In this document: positions 46,864-56,936 of the stretch, in pieces
Position numbering within the stretch: the stretch's first letter is position 1
Layout: every line of letters starts with the position of its first letter
Source: Rhodospirillum sp.
GTDB lineage: Bacteria; Pseudomonadota; Alphaproteobacteria; Dongiales; Dongiaceae
DNA: 64,000 nucleotides
Direction of reading: 5' to 3'
NCBI GenBank assembly: GCA_013822765.1
Contig: PNKY01000012.1
Span: 48,838-112,837 of the forward strand
The notes under the pieces: generated by a model
What the model was told of the DNA's origin: nothing
The model's database searches: none
The model's input: the letters and a program-made list of their open reading frames with translations, nothing else
Program-made: the position numbers and the translations under genes

Positions 46864-49800
46864 GAGGCTGCTCGCGTGCTGAGGGTTCGCCCAGCCCACT
46901 CGTCGAGTCGGGCGTGGGCCGCGTTGGATTTCGGCTTCCACAGGTCGCGCTCCTGCGCTTCCAGCAAGCGCTCGGCGATCTCCTTCAGCGCGGCGGGATT
47001 GTGACGCTCGATGAAATCGCGCACCGACTCGTCGCCGAGGTAGGCGTCGAACACCAGGTCGAAATGATGATCGGCGACGCAGTTCGCGGTCGCGGCGAAG
47101 GCGAACAGATAGTCGACGGTCGCCGCCATCTCGAACGCGCCTTTGTAGCCATGGCGCATCACGCCCTTGATCCACTTCGGATTGACGACGCGCGCCCGCA
47201 CCACCCGCGCGATCTCTTCTTCCAGGCTGCGCACTTGCGGGTTCTCTGGGCGCGAATGATCGTTGTGCCAGACCTGCGCCTTGCGGCCGGTCAGGTGCTT
47301 GATGGTGGCCGCCAGCCCGCCTTCGAACTGGTAGTAGTCGTCGCTATCCAGCAGATCGTGCTCGCGGTTGTCCTGGTTGTGCAGGACCGCGTCGACGTGT
47401 GCGAGGCGATGCGAGAAGGCCGATTGCGCCGCCTCGCCCGCTGCGCCGTCGCCGTACGCGTATCCGCCCCAGGCCAGATAAGCGCGCGCAAAGTCACCTT
47501 CGTCCGACCAGCCGCGCTCGTCGATCAGCGCCTGCAGGCCCGCACCATAGGCGCCAGGCTTGGAGCCGAACACGCGGAACGCCGCCTTGCGCCGCGCGGC
47601 CTTGGCATCGGCGCCCTGCGCGATGAGGTCAGCGCTCTCGGCCCGCACCCGTGCAGCAATCGGGTTGAGGTGCTCCGGCTCGTCCAGCTCGGCGATTGCG
47701 CGCACCGCGCTGTCGAACAGGTCGATCTGCGCCGGAAAGGCATCGCGGAAGAAACCGGAGACGCGCAGCGTGACGTCGACCCGCGGCCGGTCGAGCAGGC
47801 TGAGCGGCAGGATCTCGAACCCCGCCACGCGGCCCGACGCGCCGACATCCCAGGTCGGCCGTACGCCGATCAGCGCCAGCGCCTGCGCGATGTCATCGCC
47901 GCCGGTGCGCATGTTCGCGGTGCCCCAGGCGGACAGCACCAAAGCCCGGGGCCAGTTGCCATGCTCCTGCCGGTGCCGGTCGAGGATGAGACCCGCCGAC
48001 TTCCAGCCCAGCGCCCAGGCGCTCGACGTCGGGATCGCGCGGGTATCGACTGAGTAAAAGTTGCGCCCCGTGGGCAGCGCATCCAGCCGCCCACGCGTCG
48101 GTGCGCCCGAAGCGCCCGGCGCAACGAAGCGCCCGGCAAGACCGCGCAGCAGGCCATCGAGTTCCGCATCACCGCAGCGCTCAACCGTCGGCGCAAGAGT
48201 CTCGCGGATGAAATCGAGCGCGGTGCTGGTGCGTATCCATGCTCGCGGACAATCCGCGCCACTCACCAACTTCAGCGCCAAGAGCTCTAATCGCTCGACC
48301 GTGTCGCCATTTGTGCGCCAGGCATCGCCACTCACGTCCGACAGAGCGGCCGGCGTCGGGCCGGTCCAAGGTTCGCCGAGGCGGGCGGAGAGCGGATCGA
48401 ACTCCAGTTCCAGATCTGCGGCTAGCGCGCGGATCAGGGATTGGTCCCTGCCCTCGCCTTTGCCGCGCGGCAATCGCGTGAGCGCGACCAACAAGGCGTC
48501 ACGCTCCGTTCCGCCCGGCGAACGGCCGAAGACGTGCAGGCCGTCGCGGATCTGCATCTCCTTCAGCTCGCACAGCTGGTTGTCGAGCTTGGCGAGCGCG
48601 GCATCGGCATCATCGGCCTTGGTGATGCCGCAATCCTCGGCCATGCCGGAGCCCTGCGCCAGGTCGAGAATGCGATCGCGCAGGTCGCGGCAGCGGCGCG
48701 GGTCGAGTTGCGCCGCCTCGTAATACTCGTCCACCAGCAGCTCAAGGTCGCGCAACGGGCCGTAGCTCTCCGCGCGGGTCAGCGGCGGCGTCAGGTGATC
48801 GATGATCACCGCCGACGCGCGGCGCTTGGCCTGCGTGCCTTCGCCCGGGTCGTTGACGATGAAGGGATAGAGATGCGGCAGGGGCCCTAGCATCGCTTCG
48901 GGATAGCAGGCCTCGCTCAGCGCCAGCGCCTTGCCCGGCAGCCATTCGAGATTGCCATGCTTGCCGAAATGCACGACCGCGTCGATCTGTGCGATCTTGC
49001 GCAGATACTTGTAGAAGGCGAGATAGTTGTGCGGCGGCACCAGCTCCGGGTCGTGGTACGACTTGACCGGGTCGATGTTGTACCCGCGCGCCGGCTGGAC
49101 GCCGATGAAGACGTTGCCAAGCTGAATCAGCGGCAGGCGGAACGCACCGTCGACACAAAGCGGATCGTTCTCCGCAGCGCCCCAGCGTTGCGCGATCCCA
49201 TCGGGGATCTGCACGTAGCTCTGATAATCGGCGCGAGACAGGGCGAACTCGCCCTTGCGTGGCCGCGCATTGGTCGGACCATCGAGCAAGCGCGCGATCA
49301 AGTCGTCGCCGCTCTCGGGAATGTCTTCGATCGCATAACCCATCGCCTTCATCGCGTTGAGCGCTTCGACCACGCCGGCAGGCGTATCCAGGCCGACGCC
49401 GTTGCCGATCCGGCCGTCACGATTGGGGTAGTTAGCAAGGATGATCGCTACGCGACGCTCTGCGGTCGGCTTGCGGCGCAGCTTCACCCAGTTGGCCGCC
49501 AAGTCGGCGACGAAGGCGACACGGCCCGGTTCCGGCTGCGGCTCGACGATGTTGCATTGGGTGGCGTCGTCGTAGCGGCCCGCCACCTTGAAGGAGATGG
49601 CGCGGGTCATGATGCGGCCGTCGACCTCGGGCAGCGCGACCTGCATGGCAAGGTCGCGGGGACTGAGGCCGTTCTTGCCCGCTTGCCAGTCTTCCAACGT
49701 GCCGCTGCTTAGCACCACCTGCAGCACCGGAGCATCCGCCGCATCGAACGGCGTCGCCGCCTGCGCCGCGCCGGGCTGCGAGATCGCGAAGCTGGTACAA

Positions 49801-50603
49801 TTGAGCGTGATGTCCGGCCGCGCGTCTTCATAGAAGCGTGCGATCAGATCGGCAGCGGCCTGCTCCTTCAGGCCCGCGGCATAGATCGGCAGCGGATTGA
49901 AGCCGCGCTCCTGCAGCGCCGCGATCAACGCATCGATCGGCGCGGTCTGCCCCGCCTGCACCAGCGCGCGATAGAACACGAGGCCCGCGACCGGCGCGCC
50001 ATCCGTCCATTGCGCACGCAGGTCCTCGAGCGAGAGCATGGCTTTGCCCGGCCAGTAGAGCCCGGCGCGCAGCAACGGCCGCGGCTCGCGCCATTCTGTC
50101 TCGCCGCCGATCAAGCTGGCGCCGTAGCCGAGAAATTCGGATGCGTTCTCAAGCCCGCCTTGCACCAGGAACTGCCACAGCCGGTGCGCAGCGGCCGGTG
50201 TCGCCGTGTTGTGATCGCTCAGCTCCGGATCGGGCTGGTCGTCGCCCGGCAGGCAGGCGAGCGCGATGCCACGCTTCCGGCATTCGGCCGAGACCTGCTC
50301 GATGCCGTACGGCCAATAGCGCACACCGCCGAGCAGCCGCACCACCACCAGCTTGGCGCGCGCGACGATGCCCTCGACATAGGCATCGACCGAGACGTGA
50401 TGCGAGAGCTGCAGCAGGTTCGCCAAGCGCAGGCTCGGCTTCGGCCCAGAATTCAAGTCAACGAGGTGCGCATAGGCGCGCGACAGGCAGGCCAGCTCGC
50501 TGTCCGCCGCCGACAGCACGACGATGTCGCCTGGAGTCTGGCCGAGGTCGATGGCCTCGCTGCCATCGGCGATCTGACCAGGCTTGGCGGCGAGCAGATG
50601 CAT
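46860..50603 (-). CDS. cobN: Cobaltochelatase subunit CobN
   Basis: MHLL..KPG, ANYP....RIGNGVGLD, HFGKHGNLEWLPGK, LPTGRNFY, NPKWI.G.MRHGYKG; 1247 aa. Confidence 0.97.
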   Translation of the reverse strand: MHLLAAKPGQIADGSEAIDLGQTPGDIVVLSAADSELACLSRAYAHLVDLNSGPKPSLRLANLLQLSHHVSVDAYVEGIVARAKLVVVRLLGGVRYWPYGIEQVSAECRKRGIALACLPGDDQPDPELSDHNTATPAAAHRLWQFLVQGGLENASEFLGYGASLIGGETEWREPRPLLRAGLYWPGKAMLSLEDLRAQWTDGAPVAGLVFYRALVQAGQTAPIDALIAALQERGFNPLPIYAAGLKEQAAADLIARFYEDARPDITLNCTSFAISQPGAAQAATPFDAADAPVLQVVLSSGTLEDWQAGKNGLSPRDLAMQVALPEVDGRIMTRAISFKVAGRYDDATQCNIVEPQPEPGRVAFVADLAANWVKLRRKPTAERRVAIILANYPNRDGRIGNGVGLDTPAGVVEALNAMKAMGYAIEDIPESGDDLIARLLDGPTNARPRKGEFALSRADYQSYVQIPDGIAQRWGAAENDPLCVDGAFRLPLIQLGNVFIGVQPARGYNIDPVKSYHDPELVPPHNYLAFYKYLRKIAQIDAVVHFGKHGNLEWLPGKALALSEACYPEAMLGPLPHLYPFIVNDPGEGTQAKRRASAVIIDHLTPPLTRAESYGPLRDLELLVDEYYEAAQLDPRRCRDLRDRILDLAQGSGMAEDCGITKADDADAALAKLDNQLCELKEMQIRDGLHVFGRSPGGTERDALLVALTRLPRGKGEGRDQSLIRALAADLELEFDPLSARLGEPWTGPTPAALSDVSGDAWRTNGDTVERLELLALKLVSGADCPRAWIRTSTALDFIRETLAPTVERCGDAELDGLLRGLAGRFVAPGASGAPTRGRLDALPTGRNFYSVDTRAIPTSSAWALGWKSAGLILDRHRQEHGNWPRALVLSAWGTANMRTGGDDIAQALALIGVRPTWDVGASGRVAGFEILPLSLLDRPRVDVTLRVSGFFRDAFPAQIDLFDSAVRAIAELDEPEHLNPIAARVRAESADLIAQGADAKAARRKAAFRVFGSKPGAYGAGLQALIDERGWSDEGDFARAYLAWGGYAYGDGAAGEAAQSAFSHRLAHVDAVLHNQDNREHDLLDSDDYYQFEGGLAATIKHLTGRKAQVWHNDHSRPENPQVRSLEEEIARVVRARVVNPKWIKGVMRHGYKGAFEMAATVDYLFAFAATANCVADHHFDLVFDAYLGDESVRDFIERHNPAALKEIAERLLEAQERDLWKPKSNAAHARLDEWAGRTLSTRAAS

Positions 50604-50604
50604 C

Positions 50605-51636
50605 CTAGAGGCCGAGGTCGCGCGCGATCGCCGCGTGGTCGAGGCCCTTGAGCCCGATCACCACCAGCCGGGAAGAGCGATCCTCGCCCGGCGCCCAGGC
50701 GCGGTCGTAGTAATGCTGCAGCCGCGGGCCGACGCCCTGCAGCACCAGGCGCATCTCCTTGCCCGCGACGTCGAGGAAGCCCTTCACGCGCAGGATGTCG
50801 TGGCGCTCGATAGCCGGCAGCAGCCTCGCCAGCAGGTCTTCCGGCTTCTTGAGCTGTGGCAGGTCGAGGCGGAACGAGGTAAACTCGTCGTGGTCGTGAT
50901 CTTCGCCTTCCAATTCGTGATGCGAATAGCGGCTGTCGAGGTCGTCCTCCGCCGCCGCGCCGAGGCCCAGCAGTACCTTGAGATCGATCACGCCGAAGCT
51001 GGCAGGCACCACCTTGGCCGCACGCTTGAGCTCGTGATTGATCGCGGCCATAGCGGCCGTGCGCGCGGCATCGTCCATCTGGTCGTTCTTGTTGAGCACG
51101 ATCAGGTCGGCGCAGTTGATCTGGTCCTCGAACAATTCCGCAATTGGGCTGTCATGGTCCAGCGCGGCATCCGCCGAGCGCTGCGCGGCGACCGCATCGA
51201 GATTGTCGGCGAACCGTCCGGCCGCCGCCGCAGGCCCATCGACCACCGCGATCACGCCGTCGACCGTGACGCGCGTGCGCACCTCGGGCCAGTTGAAGGC
51301 CTTCACCAGCGGCTTGGGCAGCGCGAGGCCCGAAGTCTCGATCACGATATGCTCCGGCGGATTCGGCCGGTCGAGCAAAGCGCGCATGGTGGGCAGGAAA
51401 TCGTCCGCCACGGTGCAGCAGATGCAGCCGTTGGCGAGCTCGACGATGTTCTCCTCCGGGCAGCCTTCGATCTTGCAGCCCTTCACCAGCTCACCGTCCA
51501 CGCCGGTCTCGCCGAACTCGTTGATGATGAGCGCAAGACGCCGGCCGTTCGCGTTTCGCAGCAGGTTCTGGATCAAGGTCGTCTTGCCGGCGCCGAGAAA
51601 GCCCGTCACCACCGTCGCCGGAATCTTGCCGCTCAT
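50605..51636 (-). CDS. cobW: Cobalamin biosynthesis GTPase/metallochaperone CobW
   Basis: TGFLGAGKTT, NEFG, GCICCTV, ETSG, HDHDEF. Confidence 0.95.
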   Translation of the reverse strand: MSGKIPATVVTGFLGAGKTTLIQNLLRNANGRRLALIINEFGETGVDGELVKGCKIEGCPEENIVELANGCICCTVADDFLPTMRALLDRPNPPEHIVIETSGLALPKPLVKAFNWPEVRTRVTVDGVIAVVDGPAAAAGRFADNLDAVAAQRSADAALDHDSPIAELFEDQINCADLIVLNKNDQMDDAARTAAMAAINHELKRAAKVVPASFGVIDLKVLLGLGAAAEDDLDSRYSHHELEGEDHDHDEFTSFRLDLPQLKKPEDLLARLLPAIERHDILRVKGFLDVAGKEMRLVLQGVGPRLQHYYDRAWAPGEDRSSRLVVIGLKGLDHAAIARDLGL

Positions 51637-51649
51637 TCTTCTGGTCCCC

Positions 51650-52192
51650 TCATTTCAGGCGCAGCGGCAACCCGGCCGCCAGGAAAAACACGTCGTTTGC
51701 GATCTCCGCGATGCGCTGGTTCAGGCGCCCCGCGTGGTCGCGGAAGGCGCGCGCCAGCGCGTTGTCCGGCACGATGCCGAGCCCGACCTCGTTCGAGACG
51801 AACACCACCGGCCCGCCCGCCTGCCCCAGCGCGCGAATCAGCGCTTCGGTTTCGTTCGCTGGGTCGCGCTCGGCCGCCATCAGATTGCTGAGCCAGAGCG
51901 TCAGGCAATCCACCAGGACCGCCGCGCCCTGTTCCGTTTCGGCCACGATCGCCGCGCCGATCTCGAGCGGCGCCTCGATCGTGCGCCAATGGGCCTCGCG
52001 CCGCGCCTGGTGCTTGCGCACGCGCTCGGCCATCTCGTCGTCGCCGATTTCGGCGGTCGCGACATAGACGCAGCCGCGCGGATGCACGACCGTGATCCGT
52101 TCGGCGTAGCTGCTCTTGCCCGAGCGCGTCCCGCCCAGCACCAGGGTGACCGGCGGCAAAGACTGTGTGATGCCAGCCGTCTTGGCTGCCAT
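51650..52192 (-). CDS. cobP: Adenosylcobinamide kinase / guanylyltransferase
   Basis: LGGTRSGKSSYAE, DCLTLWLSN, VSNEVGLG, AGRLNQ. Confidence 0.95.
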   Translation of the reverse strand: MAAKTAGITQSLPPVTLVLGGTRSGKSSYAERITVVHPRGCVYVATAEIGDDEMAERVRKHQARREAHWRTIEAPLEIGAAIVAETEQGAAVLVDCLTLWLSNLMAAERDPANETEALIRALGQAGGPVVFVSNEVGLGIVPDNALARAFRDHAGRLNQRIAEIANDVFFLAAGLPLRLK

Positions 52193-52241
52193 GGATGTGG
52201 TCCCTTCCTCCCGCCGAGGCGGCCGACAAAACGAGCGTCCG

Positions 52242-52432
52242 TTGAGGTCTCCTGGCTCGATCGCGGGACCCTGGTCGCGCCTTCCCAGCCTCTCTCAAGG
52301 CCAGTGGCCGATGCGCCGGTCTTCGCCGCAAGACACCGCGGCAAGCGATCCTACAGTTGCGGGGGCAGCACCGGAGTTGCGTACTCGCGCACCGGCTTCC
52401 CTCACGACGGACCGGCGGACCATAGCGGACAG
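52242..52432 (-). ncRNA. Cobalamin (B12) riboswitch
   Basis: Minus strand AGGGAAGCCGGTG...CCGGTGCTGCCCCCGCAACTGTA...GCCACTG...GGGAAGG...GAGCCAGGAGACCT in the cobP leader; ends approximate. Confidence 0.95.
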
Positions 52433-52714
52433 GGTTGGCGCTTTCCATCCCCCAGCGGCCACGTTGCGACCCGGCGCGACAGACCTCGGAAGTCGCCAGG
52501 ATTTATGCCGCTTTTTCGCGAAGGCTCAGGCGTCTGCGTTGTTCCGCGGAAAAGCTCCAAAACACACACCACAGTATGAAGGATGCGTCATTTGGCAACC
52601 TGGAATCCGGCGCAGGAATCGCCAAGATTCTTTTCATCGCTGTGTCGACTCTGCACCTGAGGATAGATTGAAGGTCTGGAGCGTGCCGTTATTCGGCGAA
52701 GCAGCGAACGAACC

Positions 52715-53875
52715 ATGGCGTTGACCGATATCACTCCTGGGCCGGCCGAAGACGAGATCAGCCGGCTGCTCCGCACATCGTCACTCGTGCCGCTCACCGT
52801 CACTGCGTGGGATTCCGGCGCGTTGATTCACGCCAGCGAAGCCGCCGCGGCGCTGATCGGCGTTCCGGCCGACGCTCTGCGCGGCCAGTCCATGCTCGAA
52901 TTCTATGTCGATACCGAGCAGCGCCGCGCGCTGCTGCGCGCGCTGGAGGCCGGCGCCGGCGAAGCGTTCGCCGAGATCCAGCTGCGCCGCGCCGATGGCC
53001 GGCAGATCTGGGTCAAGGTGGCGGCGCAACGCATAACCTATGGCGGCGTGCCCTGCGTGCTCGCGATCAGCCAGGACATCACCGAGCAGAAGGAGCAGGC
53101 CCGCGCCCTCACCGAGGCGCTGGAGCAGTTGCGCCGGCAGGCCAGCAACCTCAACCTCGACGAGCGGCAAGCCGCCCAGGCCGCCAGCCGCGCCAAGAGC
53201 GCGTTCCTCGCCCACATGAGCCACGAGCTGCGTTCGCCCCTCAACGCGATCCTCGGATTCTCGGAAGTGATCCGCGGCCTGCATTTCGGGCGCGAGCAAG
53301 TGGAGAAATACGCGGAGTACAGCGGCTACATCCACCAGGCCGGCTCGCACCTGCTGGCCTTGATCGACGACATCCTCGATATCGCGAAGGTGGAAGCGGG
53401 CAAGCTGGACCTGCAGCCGAGCAGCTTCGAGCTTTCTGAGCTGCTGGACGAGTGCGCGCGCATGATGCGGCCGATGATCGATGGCCGCGGCCTTGCCCTG
53501 GGCGTGAACGGCAGAGCCGCCGGCTTGTCGCTCACCGCCGACCGCCGCCGCACCAAGCAGATGATCATCAACCTGCTGTCCAACGCCATCAAGTTCACCC
53601 ATGCCGGCGGACGGGTGGAGCTGGCCGCGCAGCGGATGGCAGACGGCGCGATCGCGATCACCGTGGCCGACACCGGCATCGGCATGTCGGACGATCAGAT
53701 CGCGGTGGCGCTGGAACCGTTCGGCCGCGTCGAGAGCGCAAGCATCAACGACCCGACCGGGACCGGCCTCGGCCTGCCGATCGTGAAGAACCTGATCGAG
53801 GCCCATGGCGGCCGCCTGCAGATCCGCTCCCAGCTCAAACGTGGAACCCTCGTGCGGCTGGTGTTTCCGGCGTAG
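52715..53875 (+). CDS. PAS sensor histidine kinase, PleC/DivJ-like
   Basis: PAS/PAC, H-box AHMSHELRSPLNAILGFSEVI, N-box NLLSNAIKFT, DTGIG, GTGLGL; no TM segment seen. Confidence 0.9.
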   Translation: MALTDITPGPAEDEISRLLRTSSLVPLTVTAWDSGALIHASEAAAALIGVPADALRGQSMLEFYVDTEQRRALLRALEAGAGEAFAEIQLRRADGRQIWVKVAAQRITYGGVPCVLAISQDITEQKEQARALTEALEQLRRQASNLNLDERQAAQAASRAKSAFLAHMSHELRSPLNAILGFSEVIRGLHFGREQVEKYAEYSGYIHQAGSHLLALIDDILDIAKVEAGKLDLQPSSFELSELLDECARMMRPMIDGRGLALGVNGRAAGLSLTADRRRTKQMIINLLSNAIKFTHAGGRVELAAQRMADGAIAITVADTGIGMSDDQIAVALEPFGRVESASINDPTGTGLGLPIVKNLIEAHGGRLQIRSQLKRGTLVRLVFPA

Positions 53876-53929
53876 CCCTAAGCGGTTGCGCCGAAGTGGA
53901 CGCCGGTTCCGCGCAGAAATTGCGACCAA

Positions 53930-54280
53930 CTATGGCTTAACGACTTCCCACACCTTCTCCGGTGGGCGGCACAGCACGGCGCCCTTGTCGCTGACCACGA
54001 TCGGCCGCTCGATCAGCACCGGCTCATCCAGCATCTTCTTGAGCAGCGCCTCGGCGCCGAGCTTGCTGGCGTCGCCGAGCGCTTCATAGGCGTCGCCCTT
54101 GCGGCGCAGGATGTCGTGCGGCTTGGCCTTCATCTGCGCCAGGATTCGCTTCAGCTCCGCCGCGCTCGGCGGCGTCTTGAGATACTCGATCACCTTGGGC
54201 TCGATGCCCTTGTCCTTGAGCCAGCCCAGCACCTTGCGCGAGGTGGAGCAGCTCGGATTGTGATAGATGGTGACGGCCAT
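53930..54280 (-). CDS. arsC: ArsC family (glutaredoxin-dependent arsenate reductase-like)
   Basis: IYHNPSCSTSR, IEYLKTPP, LIERPIV, CRPPE. Confidence 0.85.
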   Translation of the reverse strand: MAVTIYHNPSCSTSRKVLGWLKDKGIEPKVIEYLKTPPSAAELKRILAQMKAKPHDILRRKGDAYEALGDASKLGAEALLKKMLDEPVLIERPIVVSDKGAVLCRPPEKVWEVVKP

Positions 54281-54351
54281 GCGTGCCTCCGTGGTTGGAG
54301 GCGACGGTAGTGCAACGAACGAACCTCGATCAAGATAGCTCGTTCCCCTGC

Positions 54352-54453
54352 CGTCATGGCAAGGCCTGGCCTTGCCATCCACGAGTTTCACTAGGCAATA
54401 GCGGGTCGTCGTATGCAGACTCGTGGATCCCAAGGCCAAGCCTTGGGATGACG
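54352..54453. repeat. REP-like cruciform palindromic element (family 1)
   Basis: CGTCAT-hairpin-TCCACGAGT...ACTCGTGGA-hairpin-ATGACG. Confidence 0.9.
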
Positions 54454-54485
54454 AATGAGAGTGAAGGAAAAGCGGTGTGTCCTGC

Positions 54486-55895
54486 CTACACCTTGTACCC
54501 GCACCTGACGCCGCCCCAGTGGCGGCCCTTGACCAGGATCGGGGCCGAGGCGTCCTTCATCAGCGCGAAGTTGCCGCCGCCCATGTCGCGGCGATAGGTC
54601 TGGACCACGAACGGCTTTTCGCTGCGGCCGGCCTTGAGGCCGACGCGGTCGTTGAAGACCCGGCGGTTGCGGCAGTTTGCGGTGTTCCACACCACGTCGC
54701 CCTTGCGCTGGGCTTGCGAGAACTTCTTGTTGTGCGTCGGCAGGTAGCCGTTGCGGTCGACGGTCGCGCAGAACACCACGCGCGGGTCGACCTCGAGCGC
54801 CGCTTCCTGAACCGGCGGCAGCAGCCGGTCGGTCAGCGCGGTGTATTTCGCCATCACCTGTTGCGGCTCGGTGCCGGCGATCGGCTCGTAGCGGTCGTCG
54901 AACAGGTCGGCCAGCGAGATCTCGCCGCGGTCGATCGCCTGCTCCAACAAGACGCCGATCCTGGCCGCGCTCTCCACCACCAGGCGGATGATCGGCGTAT
55001 CGGTGGTCTCGACGCCGGCGTCGGCGGTCGCCTCGATCAGGTCCTCCGCCACCTCGAGCAGGTGGTTGATGCGCTCCTTCGCCTGGCTCAAGTCGCCAGT
55101 CGATTTCTTGACGCCGCCGGAAAGTCCTTCGAACGCGTTGGTGAGCACGGACCCGCGCTCGCGGATCTGCCGGGTGTCGCCGGCGATCGCTTCGGCCTGG
55201 GTGGCGATGTCGCTGATGGCGCGCGCGGAGCTCTCCACCACCTGGCCGATCGCGGCGGTGCCGGATTCGACCTTGGCGGCGCGCTTGGTCGCCTCGGCGC
55301 CTTCGCGGCTCAGCTCGCCGGTCTGTTGCGTGATCTGCCCCACGGTCTGGGCGATCTGCTGGGTGGCGTCGGCGGTCTGGCGCGCCAGCGCCTTCACCTC
55401 GCCCGCCACCACGCCGAAGCCGCGGCCGGCATCGCCGGCGCGCGCCGCCTCGATGGTCGCGTTGAGCGCGAGCAGATTGGTCTGCTTGGCGATGGCATCG
55501 ATCGTCTGCGCGACCTTGGCGATCTGTTCCAGCGCCTGGCGCAGGCCGGCGATCTTGCTCTCGATCGCCGTCGCGCTGGCGGCGAGGCTGCGCACATCCG
55601 ACAGGGAGGATTCGAGCGAGCCGCGCGACGCCGACATCTCGGCGGCGGCGCTGCCGGCGTTCTTGGCGGCGTTCTCCACCGCGCCGGCGATGCGCTCGTT
55701 GGCCGCCACCATCTCGTCGGCGGCCGAGCGCAGTTCCTCGAACTGCTGGGCCTGGTTGGCGACGACCTTGGCGACGTCGTCGATCGAGCCAGCCGCGTCG
55801 GCCAGCTGCACACCCAGAGATCCGGCCTTTTCGGCGATCTTCTGGGCAAATCCCGAATCCCGCTCGGACGCCGAGTCCCCCGACTCACGGATCAT
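54486..55895 (-). CDS. Soluble methyl-accepting chemotaxis protein with C-terminal sensor-like domain
   Basis: [34 protein letters not shown]; no TM; C-terminal [10 protein letters not shown]...QTYRRD...HWGG; start uncertain. Confidence 0.92.
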   Translation of the reverse strand: MIRESGDSASERDSGFAQKIAEKAGSLGVQLADAAGSIDDVAKVVANQAQQFEELRSAADEMVAANERIAGAVENAAKNAGSAAAEMSASRGSLESSLSDVRSLAASATAIESKIAGLRQALEQIAKVAQTIDAIAKQTNLLALNATIEAARAGDAGRGFGVVAGEVKALARQTADATQQIAQTVGQITQQTGELSREGAEATKRAAKVESGTAAIGQVVESSARAISDIATQAEAIAGDTRQIRERGSVLTNAFEGLSGGVKKSTGDLSQAKERINHLLEVAEDLIEATADAGVETTDTPIIRLVVESAARIGVLLEQAIDRGEISLADLFDDRYEPIAGTEPQQVMAKYTALTDRLLPPVQEAALEVDPRVVFCATVDRNGYLPTHNKKFSQAQRKGDVVWNTANCRNRRVFNDRVGLKAGRSEKPFVVQTYRRDMGGGNFALMKDASAPILVKGRHWGGVRCGYKV

Positions 55896-55939
55896 GCGAA
55901 CATCCAATGCTTTCATCAGCAAAACTTAGAAGACTATGC

Positions 55940-55955
55940 GTTAACCGGGGGTAAA
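55940..55955 (-). promoter_or_regulatory. Putative CtrA box
   Basis: Minus strand TTTA-N7-TTAAC, one mismatch to TTAA-N7-TTAAC, upstream of the chemoreceptor. Confidence 0.55.
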
Positions 55956-56068
55956 ACCCCGATTAGACAAAGGTCGGAATCGCCCAATGCGTCCGCATGG
56001 TTGAGCCCCAGGGTGGCGTCCGCGGCGATTCGGCACTATCTGTGGATCGAGGGCATCGCGGAGGTCGC

Positions 56069-56320
56069 ATGAAGCTGCTGTATTTTGCTTGGGTCCGGAC
56101 CAACATCGGCAAGGCCGAAGAGGAAGTGGCCGTGCCCGGTCACGTCCAGACCGTCGAGGATCTGCTCGATTGGCTGGCGACCCTCGGGCCGCACTATGCC
56201 GCCGCGCTCGACCGCCGCAACGTGATCAAGGTCGCGATCAACCACGAATATGTCGAGCACGACCATCCGGTCCGACCCGACGACGAGATCGCGCTGTTCC
56301 CGCCGGTGACCGGCGGCTGA
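56069..56320 (+). CDS. moaD: Molybdopterin synthase sulfur carrier subunit
   Basis: LLYFAWVR, C-terminal FPPVTGG. Confidence 0.95.
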   Translation: MKLLYFAWVRTNIGKAEEEVAVPGHVQTVEDLLDWLATLGPHYAAALDRRNVIKVAINHEYVEHDHPVRPDDEIALFPPVTGG

Positions 56321-56330
56321 TGCCACGGCG

Positions 56331-56780
56331 ATGATCAAGGTCCAGCGCGAGGATTTCGATATCGGCGCCGAGCTGGCGCAGCTGACCGACGGCAACACCA
56401 AGGTCGGCGGCCTCGCGAGCTTCGTCGGCTTGGTGCGCGACCTCGCCGATCAGGGCGCGGTGAGCGCCATGACGCTGGAGCACTACCCCGGCATGACCGA
56501 GAAGCGCCTGGCCGAGATCGAAGCCGAGGCAAGATCGCGCTGGCCGCTCGAAAGCGTCCTCATCATCCACCGCTTTGGCAAGCTGGAGCCGGGAGACCGA
56601 ATCGTTCTCGTCGCCACGACCTCGTCGCATCGCCAGGCCGCGCTGGAGTCGTGCGCATTCCTGATCGACTGGCTGAAGACCAAGGCGCCTTTCTGGAAAC
56701 TGGAAGAAGGTTCCAAGGGCGCGGCGTGGGTCGAAGCGAAGGAAAGCGACGACCACGCGGCGGAGAAGTGGAAGCGGTAG
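56331..56780 (+). CDS. moaE: Molybdopterin synthase catalytic subunit
   Basis: FVGLVRD, LEHYPGMT, IHR.G.L, HR..A, LKTKAPFWKLE. Confidence 0.96.
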   Translation: MIKVQREDFDIGAELAQLTDGNTKVGGLASFVGLVRDLADQGAVSAMTLEHYPGMTEKRLAEIEAEARSRWPLESVLIIHRFGKLEPGDRIVLVATTSSHRQAALESCAFLIDWLKTKAPFWKLEEGSKGAAWVEAKESDDHAAEKWKR

Positions 56781-56805
56781 CGTCGCTCAATCACTCACAT
56801 TGAGT

Positions 56806-56914
56806 TTCCCCCTCCCCCGGCACGGGGGAGGGTTGGGGTGGGGGAAGCGAGCGAAGATCCTCTCCCACCGATACGCGGCTTCCCCCTCCCTACCCTCCCC
56901 CATGCTGGGGGAGG
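56806..56914. repeat. REP-like palindromic element (family 2, C/G-run type)
   Basis: Two CCTCCCCC..GGGGGAGG hairpins in inverted arrangement joined by a GGGGGAAGC/GCTTCCCCC stem, between convergent moaE and ilvE. Confidence 0.8.
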
Positions 56915-56936
56915 AGAAGAGAGGAAGGGGTAGCCG

